A program made the translations under genes and the position numbers. Source: an uncultured Lentisphaerota bacterium (GTDB lineage Bacteria; Verrucomicrobiota; Kiritimatiellia; CAIQIC01). From it: 64,000 nt of DNA. The stretch lies in contig CAITZM010000081.1 in the NCBI GenBank assembly GCA_903896925.1, forward strand, positions 12,111-76,110, read 5' to 3'. This document shows positions 58,349-64,000 of the stretch, in pieces (within the stretch, counting starts at the first letter, position 1; each line of letters begins with the position of its first letter). The notes beneath the pieces were generated by a model. It saw only the letters and a list, made by a program, of their open reading frames with translations, was not told the origin of the DNA and made no database searches.

Positions 58349-59277
58349 TTGGTAAAACTCCCATAGGTGTTCCGTTCTTCGACGCCGAATTCGGCGGCGT
58401 CTACCCTAACCGGGTGTCGTTGGTCACGGGCCGCGCCGGGTCGGGGAAAACCATCTTGGGTTTACACTTTCTTGACCAAGGCTTGCGGCAGCACGAACGG
58501 GCTTTGATGTTGTCGGCCCGGCCGGCGCAGGATCTGGTCATCACCGCGGAATCGCTGGGGATGTCGTTTGCCCCCTCGATCGAGTCGGGCGCGTTGACCC
58601 TGTTGGAGTACAACGAATTTGTCCCCGGCCGCGACCATGAAGCGAACATCAACCTGCCACCCGACGGGTTCATCCAGCTCAAAGAGGTGATCGAGCAGCA
58701 GGCCGTCAATCGCGTTGTGATTGATACCGTCTTGCCGTGGATCACCCTGTCGGATTCCGCCCATCTCCCCGAGCATATTTTCTCCTTGGTGCGCGCCTTC
58801 GAGCGCCTGGGTGTCACCGCGCTGTTCACCTTGCCCAAGCCGGTTTCGACCACGGCGGGCCGGCTGCGCAAGCTGGTGGAGGATGTGGTGCCGGTGTCCC
58901 TGACGCTGTTGCGCGAGCCCGACGCTCCCTCGCGACAGATGCTGGTAACCAAGTACCTGGGCGTGAATGCGCGGCCGGAAGGCTTCGCCTACGACATCGT
59001 CGCCCAAAAGGGGTTTGTCCTGTATCAGCCCGCACCCCAGGAGTCGCCGGCCCTCGGCGCCCCGACCTTCTTCGCCTCAGCCGCGGCGCGGACAGCGCCG
59101 GTCATGGCGCCGGAAGTTGCGCCCGTGGCTCCGCCTCCTGCGCCGCCTGCGGGCAAGGGCCGTATCAGCTTTGCTTCCATGGTGCTTGATCAATCACTCT
59201 CCGCCCGCTCTGGCGCAACGCGGCCAGTTGCGGCACCCCCTATGCGAGGGGGGGCGGGGACCGGCGGAGGGAGTTAA
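58345..59277 (+). CDS. KaiC/RecA-superfamily single-domain ATPase with a Pro/Ala-rich tail
   Basis: GVPFFDAEFGGVYPNRVSLVTGRAGSGKT Walker A in the KaiC/RadA-like context. ATGA-coupled to the receiver gene. Confidence 0.6.
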   Translation: MIGKTPIGVPFFDAEFGGVYPNRVSLVTGRAGSGKTILGLHFLDQGLRQHERALMLSARPAQDLVITAESLGMSFAPSIESGALTLLEYNEFVPGRDHEANINLPPDGFIQLKEVIEQQAVNRVVIDTVLPWITLSDSAHLPEHIFSLVRAFERLGVTALFTLPKPVSTTAGRLRKLVEDVVPVSLTLLREPDAPSRQMLVTKYLGVNARPEGFAYDIVAQKGFVLYQPAPQESPALGAPTFFASAAARTAPVMAPEVAPVAPPPAPPAGKGRISFASMVLDQSLSARSGATRPVAAPPMRGGAGTGGGS

Positions 59278-60141
59278 ATGTATTTCAAATACTGGGGTCT
59301 GCGGGAGCGACCGTTTCAAAACATAGCCGATGTGCGGTTTGCCTATCTTTCCGAGCAGCATCGGGAAGGTTTGGCGCGTTTGTTGTACCTGGTGGAGGAG
59401 CAGAAGCTGGGCGGAACCTTGGTGGGCCCCTACGGCGTCGGCAAGTCGATGATCATCGAGTTGCTGGCCGAAAACGTGCGTGGCAAGATCGGTGAACGTT
59501 ATCTGCAGTTCGACGCACCCCTGACCGGTGCGCTGTCGCTGGCCAAGCAAATCGTCGCGCATCTGGGTCATACCGAGACCGTCTATGACATCTCCGGCGC
59601 TTTGGAGGCGCTGCAAAACCACTTTACCGAAACCAACGGCGGTGTGGCCCATCTGGTGCTGGTCATTGACGAGGCCCAGATGCTGCGGGCGTCCTCGGAC
59701 TACGAATTTCTCCATCTCTTGTGCAATATGCGCATGCGTCGGCGCGATGGGAGCCTCGGTGCCCCGGCGATCACGTTGTTGCTGGTGGGCCATCAGGATT
59801 TGGTGCAACATCTGGCCGCGGAACAGTCGCTGGCCCAGCGCCTGCAGCTTTTCTGGCGCCTGGAGCCGCTCAACGCCCGCCAATGCATCGAATATGTGCA
59901 GCACCGCGTGCGCGCTTCCGGCGGGGATATCTGGATTTTCGATGAAGGCGCACTGGCCGCGGTCCATGAGGCCACGCAGGGCGTGCCGCGCCTGATCAAC
60001 AACATTTGCGACACCGCCCTGCTGATCGGTTGCGCCATGCATGCCCCGCGGATCACCGCGGACATCATGCGGCAGGCCATTGCCGAGACACAGTCACCCT
60101 TGCTGCCGCCGACCGTGTCACCCCCTGGAGTTCCCGTATGA
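59278..60141 (+). CDS. ExeA/MshM-like AAA ATPase (secretion-ATPase family seen in PEP-CTERM/EPS loci)
   Basis: ERPF motif, GPYGVGKS Walker A, VIDEAQ Walker B. 287 aa. Confidence 0.6.
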   Translation: MYFKYWGLRERPFQNIADVRFAYLSEQHREGLARLLYLVEEQKLGGTLVGPYGVGKSMIIELLAENVRGKIGERYLQFDAPLTGALSLAKQIVAHLGHTETVYDISGALEALQNHFTETNGGVAHLVLVIDEAQMLRASSDYEFLHLLCNMRMRRRDGSLGAPAITLLLVGHQDLVQHLAAEQSLAQRLQLFWRLEPLNARQCIEYVQHRVRASGGDIWIFDEGALAAVHEATQGVPRLINNICDTALLIGCAMHAPRITADIMRQAIAETQSPLLPPTVSPPGVPV

Positions 60142-60518
60142 ACGAACTAAGCTCCTCCATGCTCACCACCACCGGCATCATTGCCACGCTCATCAGCGTC
60201 CTGTTTGCCATCGCCGCGCTCGTGATCGCCAACCGTCGCAAGAAACATCATCAGGCGATGCAACATGCGGTAGCCCCGGTGAGCCAGGCCCATCAAGGTG
60301 CACGGCCCGAGAATCCCATGGCGTTTGTGGCCCCCCATCCGGAGCCCCTCCCCGTGGCGGCGGCGCCGACCACGGCGGCCGATAATTTGGTCTATGACTC
60401 CACGCGGTCCACCTCCTCGCCGCTCTTCAAGCGCTTGGGCCGGGTGGGTGTGGAACAAGTCACGCCGTCCGCGACCGAAACCACGGCGGCCGACAGTCAG
60501 AAGGCGGCTTGGGAATAA
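60138..60518 (+). CDS. small single-pass membrane protein with a Pro/Thr/Ala-rich tail
   Basis: TM helix TTGIIATLISVLFAIAALVIANRRKK. ATGA-coupled to the ATPase gene. Confidence 0.4.
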   Translation: MNELSSSMLTTTGIIATLISVLFAIAALVIANRRKKHHQAMQHAVAPVSQAHQGARPENPMAFVAPHPEPLPVAAAPTTAADNLVYDSTRSTSSPLFKRLGRVGVEQVTPSATETTAADSQKAAWE

Positions 60519-60794
60519 GGCGCCTCGCCGTTCCCCCGCTTGGAAAGCAGTTCTGGCTGCCGCGGTCCGCAGGGCCAGCCTCTCGTCGTCGTCTTTACGC
60601 CCGCGGAAACCCTGCCCTCGTCATGCTCTTTTCGCCCTCCCGTCGGACCGGTCTCGACATGACCGCTTAACGGCAGATGGGGTTGGCATGCTCGAGGAAG
60701 ATGTGCGACACCCTCCCCGCCTTGCTCGGGCACCGTTTTTTCCGCTTGGCACCCGCTGGGGGTTGGCCCGCCGTGGGGCCGGTTGCTGGGGTTG

Positions 60795-61403
60795 TCAACC
60801 GGTGAGCACGCGGCGGCCGGCGAGGCGCAGCTTCTGTTGCGCGATGAGCCGCAGCGCGGCGGGATAGGCCTCGTACTCCTGCTCCTGGATGCGCGCGTGC
60901 AGCGTCGCGGGTGTGTCGCCGTCGAGCACAGGCACGGCGCGCTGCACGATGATCGGCCCGGTGTCGGTGCCGGCGTCCACAAAATGCACGGTGCAGCCGG
61001 CGACCTTGGCGCCGTAGTCGAGCGCCTGCTTCCACGCCTCCAGCCCCGGAAACGCGGGCAGGAGCGCAGGGTGAATATTGATGATGCGGCCGGCGTAGGC
61101 GGCGAGCAGGCCGCCTTTGATGAGGCGCATGAAGCCGGCGAGCACGAGCACCTCGGCGCCGTGCTGCCGCAAAATTTCGATGACGCGCTGCTCGGCGGCA
61201 CCGTCGAGCTTGGTCTTGAACGGCGCGCAGTCCACGTGGAGCGCGGGGATGCCGTGCTGCCGCGCGCGCGCGAGGATGAAGGCGTCGGCGACGTCCGAAA
61301 GGACGCAGACAATGTTGGCGTCCAGCGTGTGCGCGGCGATCGCGTCGAGGATCGCCTGCGCGTTGCTGCCCTTGCCGGAACCGAGAATGGCGATGTTTAA
61401 CAT
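60795..61403 (-). CDS. purN: phosphoribosylglycinamide formyltransferase
   Basis: ILGSGKGSN, GFMRLI, NIHPALLPAF and DAGTDTGPII motifs. 203 aa. Confidence 0.8.
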   Translation of the reverse strand: MLNIAILGSGKGSNAQAILDAIAAHTLDANIVCVLSDVADAFILARARQHGIPALHVDCAPFKTKLDGAAEQRVIEILRQHGAEVLVLAGFMRLIKGGLLAAYAGRIINIHPALLPAFPGLEAWKQALDYGAKVAGCTVHFVDAGTDTGPIIVQRAVPVLDGDTPATLHARIQEQEYEAYPAALRLIAQQKLRLAGRRVLTG

Positions 61404-61530
61404 GGTTTGTTCCCGTGCGCTCAGTATGCCAAGCAAGCCGCCGAACACAAGGCTGTAACCTTTCGCCGGCGCACGGCGTAGTGGTCGGGTGCAGGCGGCG
61501 CCGGATTGGCGCGGCCGCGGAGAACTCAAG

Positions 61531-62472
61531 ATGAAACGTAGCATGTGGTTGGTGGCGGTGGCGTTGCTCGCGCTCGGCGCGCAGGGCAGCCCGTTGAAGC
61601 CGGAACTGGTGCCGGGGCAGGCGACGTGGTTCGTGCACCTCGATGTCGAAAAGCTGCTCGCGTCGCAGGTCGGCGCGCAACTGCTCGATGCCATCAAGGC
61701 GGAGCCGAAATTCTCGGCGCAGCTCGATATGATCCAGAACGCCGTCGGCGTGGACCTGCGCAAGGACATCAAGGGGCTGTCGCTCTTCGGCCCGGACGCG
61801 CACAAGGATCATGGTGTGATGGTCTTCAGCGGCCTGCCGAACACCGACAAATTACTCACGACCATCAAGGCCAACCCGACGCACGAGGAGCAGGCCGGGG
61901 ACGGCCTGACCATGCACAAGTGGAACGACAAGGGCCACGACAACTTCGGCACCATCCTGCCCGGCGGCGTCTGCATCATCAGCGGCTATGCCGAGGCCGC
62001 GCGCGTCACCGCGCAGGTGATGCACAGCGGGCAGGGCGGGCTGACGGCTGCCAGCACGCTTGGCGGCTTGGCGAAAAGCGGCGGCGACGGTATGCTGCGC
62101 GCTGCCGTGGATGGCAGCGCCGGTCTGCCCGGCGGCCAGCCGCAGGCGGCGGTGCTCAAGAAAGTGATCTCCGCCGAGTTGCAGTTGAACGAGCGCGACG
62201 CGAAGGTCTCCGCCGAGCTGACCCTGGCCACCGACGCGCCTGCGTCGGCGGTGCAGATCGCGGACGTGGTGCGGGGGCTGATCGCCTACGGCCAGCTCGC
62301 CGAGGACGCCGCGCCGCAGTGGAAACAGCTGGCGCAGGCGGCCACCGTCACGCAGAGCGGAGCGCAGGTGAAGCTCACGGCCGGCTGTACGGCCGCCGAA
62401 CTCGTGGAATGGATCAGGAAAGCCCGTGGTGCAAAACAGCAAGCCAAGTCCGCCGCCGCCAGCGGCATCTGA
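61531..62472 (+). CDS. secreted hypothetical protein
   Basis: Signal peptide MKRSMWLVAVALLALGAQG. 313 aa. No family recognised. Confidence 0.45.
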   Translation: MKRSMWLVAVALLALGAQGSPLKPELVPGQATWFVHLDVEKLLASQVGAQLLDAIKAEPKFSAQLDMIQNAVGVDLRKDIKGLSLFGPDAHKDHGVMVFSGLPNTDKLLTTIKANPTHEEQAGDGLTMHKWNDKGHDNFGTILPGGVCIISGYAEAARVTAQVMHSGQGGLTAASTLGGLAKSGGDGMLRAAVDGSAGLPGGQPQAAVLKKVISAELQLNERDAKVSAELTLATDAPASAVQIADVVRGLIAYGQLAEDAAPQWKQLAQAATVTQSGAQVKLTAGCTAAELVEWIRKARGAKQQAKSAAASGI

Positions 62473-63055
62473 GTCCGGGCCGACCGACGGCTGGCTCGTC
62501 CAGCAGGCCGTGTCCGGCTGCAGCGCGAGCTTCGAGCGGCTCGTGGAGCGGCATACGCCGCGCCTCCTGCGCTACCTGCAGCGCCGCACCGGCAGCCGCC
62601 ATGACGCCGAGGATCTCGCACAGGAAACGTGGGCGCGCGCGTTCCGCTACCTGGAGCGCTGTGATGTGGGGCGCAGCTTCCCCGCGTGGCTCTGGACGAT
62701 CGCGGCGCGGCTGGCGGTGAGCCGCCACCGCAAGCAGACGCTGCCGCTGGCGGTGTGGGGCGCCGACGTGGCCGCCGCCGGCCCCGACGCGCGGATGCAA
62801 CTCGCCGACGCGGAAGAGCGCGCCGGCCTGTGGGCGCTCGCGGAGCGCGTACTCAAACCTGCGCAGCGCGAAGCCCTGTGGCTGTTTTATGTCGAGGAAA
62901 TGTCCGTGAAGGAAGTCGCCCAGATCCTGTCGATCGGCACCATCTCCGCCAAGGTGCTGCTGCATCGTGCGCGCCGCCGGCTGGGCGTGGCCTTGCAAGG
63001 CGACAGCGCGGCGCTGCCCGTGTTCAGCGCCTGCGCGGAAGGAGCGGAACCATGA
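62426..63055 (+). CDS. RNA polymerase sigma factor, ECF subfamily. An alternative GTG start near 62510 would avoid the 47-nt overlap with the upstream gene.
   Basis: Region 2 (DAEDLAQETWARAF) and region 4 (SVKEVAQILSIGTISAKVLLHRARRRL). Confidence 0.75.
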   Translation: MVQNSKPSPPPPAASESGPTDGWLVQQAVSGCSASFERLVERHTPRLLRYLQRRTGSRHDAEDLAQETWARAFRYLERCDVGRSFPAWLWTIAARLAVSRHRKQTLPLAVWGADVAAAGPDARMQLADAEERAGLWALAERVLKPAQREALWLFYVEEMSVKEVAQILSIGTISAKVLLHRARRRLGVALQGDSAALPVFSACAEGAEP

Positions 63056-63630
63056 TCTGCACATTCCACCGCTGGCTGCTCTCGCAAGCCGCCGACGCGC
63101 GCCGCGCCGCGCCGCGCCCCACGCAAGCACATCTCGTCGCCTGCGCCGACTGTCGCGCCTATGCCGCACTCTGCACGCGCCTGCCCCGGGCGTTCGCCGC
63201 CGGCGTGCCGGAGGTGGCCGAGGGTTTCGACACCAGCCTGCTGCGTCAGCGCATCCTGGCGCGCACCGTGCTCGCGCCGGACGTTGCCAAGCCCTGGCAA
63301 CCGCATGCGCCTTTTTTCCCAAGCCTTGGAAGAAACGGAGCCATATTTTCCAAGCCTTGGAGACCGGCGCTCGCCGCCGCCGCGCTCGTCTGCGTGGTGC
63401 TCGCGGCCGGCGGCCTGGTCCGGCAGCAGTTGTCCCGTGCGCAGCAGCAGACGACGCTCGCCGCCTTGCAGTCCGTGCGGCTCGCCTATGACGATGCGCT
63501 GCAGCAGGGCCCCGCCGCCGTCGCCGGGCTGCTCGATACCGCCGCCCAGCAGATCGCCGCCGACGCCGCGTCCGCCGTGGGTTTCCTCGGTGCCGCGCTC
63601 CCGCCCGCCGCACAACCCAACCGCTCGTAG
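63052..63630 (+). CDS. anti-sigma factor (zinc-finger type, single TM)
   Basis: ATGA-coupled to the ECF sigma gene. HLVACADCRAY zinc motif and the TM helix ALAAAALVCVVLAAGGLV. Confidence 0.6.
   Translation: MICTFHRWLLSQAADARRAAPRPTQAHLVACADCRAYAALCTRLPRAFAAGVPEVAEGFDTSLLRQRILARTVLAPDVAKPWQPHAPFFPSLGRNGAIFSKPWRPALAAAALVCVVLAAGGLVRQQLSRAQQQTTLAALQSVRLAYDDALQQGPAAVAGLLDTAAQQIAADAASAVGFLGAALPPAAQPNRS
63286..63365 (+). repeat. imperfect approximately 31-bp tandem repeat (3 units sharing AAGCCYTGG), AT-richer than the surroundings, inside the anti-sigma CDS
   Basis: gccaagccctggcaaccg / ttttttcccaagccttggaagaaacgg / ttttccaagccttggagaccgg. Confidence 0.5.
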
Positions 63631-63643
63631 AGGCACGGACACC

Positions 63644-64000
63644 ATGACAAAAAAATGGCAGCGCACCGAACTGTTGGACTTTGCGCGCGCGTTCCAGCCC
63701 GTATGCGTGCTGGCCGCCGCCGCCGAACTCGAGCTCTTCGCCGCGCTCGCGCGCCGGCCGCTGACCGCCGCGCAAACCGCGAAAAAACTGGCCGGTGACC
63801 CGCGCGCCACCGCCCTCCTCCTCGACGCGCTTGCCGCCCTGCGCCTGCTCGCAAAAACCGGCGACCGCTACGCGCTCGCGCCCGGCGTCGCCGGGACGCT
63901 GACGGCCGACGGTCAGCACAGCGTCCTCGCCATCATCCAGCACCAGGCGAACTGCCTGCGGCGCTGGGCCCAGCTGGCGGGCGTCGTCAAGACCGGCCGG
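63644..64000 (+). CDS. O-methyltransferase (family 2, N-terminal dimerisation domain), 3'-truncated at the window edge
   Basis: Open frame to the end of the window. LLDFARAFQPVCVLAAAAELELFAAL resembles the OMT dimerisation/winged-helix domain. Confidence 0.4.
   Translation, partial: MTKKWQRTELLDFARAFQPVCVLAAAAELELFAALARRPLTAAQTAKKLAGDPRATALLLDALAALRLLAKTGDRYALAPGVAGTLTADGQHSVLAIIQHQANCLRRWAQLAGVVKTGR

Noticed and set aside
60667-61812. 381-aa Arg-rich minus-strand ORF overlapping purN in another frame, together with the 336-aa ORF extension at 60795-61805
   Set aside because: The PurN homology starts at the internal Met (61403). Upstream extension and alternative frames are low complexity.
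62414-63943. 509-aa Arg-rich minus-strand ORF spanning the ECF sigma/anti-sigma pair
   Set aside because: Composition (poly-Arg/Ala) and lack of domains indicate a GC-frame artefact. The plus-strand sigma/anti-sigma frames are motif-supported.

Overview
High-GC (about 65-70%) bacterial chromosomal segment, densely coded on both strands with many ATGA-type overlapping start/stop codons. The taxon cannot be named from sequence alone.

Housekeeping content:
- A topoisomerase IV-like parE-parC pair.
- A hisC / DAHP-synthase / tyrA / aroA / cmk / plsC aromatic-amino-acid cluster.
- dnaG, purN and mazG.
- An MFS transporter, a CvpA-like protein and a Ca-type P-type ATPase.
- A hybrid histidine kinase-Usp operon.
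- An ECF sigma/anti-sigma pair.
- A pectin-related pair at the 5' end: a PL22-like beta-propeller and a GH42-like secreted hydrolase.

Two regions stand out.

(1) An approximately 5-kb, extra-GC-rich, minus-strand island at about 4.4-9.5 kb.
- It carries a divergent DnaN-type sliding-clamp homolog.
- It carries two paralogous sigma-region-4/LuxR-type HTH proteins and several small hypotheticals.
- Three copies of one sigma70-like promoter module are present.
- The island is bounded by an AT-rich segment and by a GC-rich, terminator-ended non-coding stretch that may be an ncRNA.

(2) A large synthase-dependent exopolysaccharide locus, PNAG/Pel-like, with unusual domain shuffling.
- Three tandem secreted TPR + CE4-deacetylase paralogs sit at 33.3-41.9 kb. 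The third is additionally fused to a C-terminal outer-membrane beta-barrel, so PgaA-like and PgaB-like functions appear in one polypeptide.
- At 51.9-57.5 kb a membrane GT2 processive synthase (QxxRW motif, N-terminal zinc ribbon) is translationally coupled to a 1330-aa multidomain protein with a transmembrane segment, a CE4-like domain and a TPR region.
- Divergently from the synthase lies a receiver / KaiC-like ATPase / ExeA(PEP-CTERM-type) ATPase / small membrane protein operon.

Other notable items are a phosphohexomutase paralog that has lost its catalytic Ser and metal-binding loop, an internally deleted htpX remnant, and a 31-bp imperfect tandem repeat inside the anti-sigma gene.

No tRNA, rRNA, CRISPR array or transposase could be supported.
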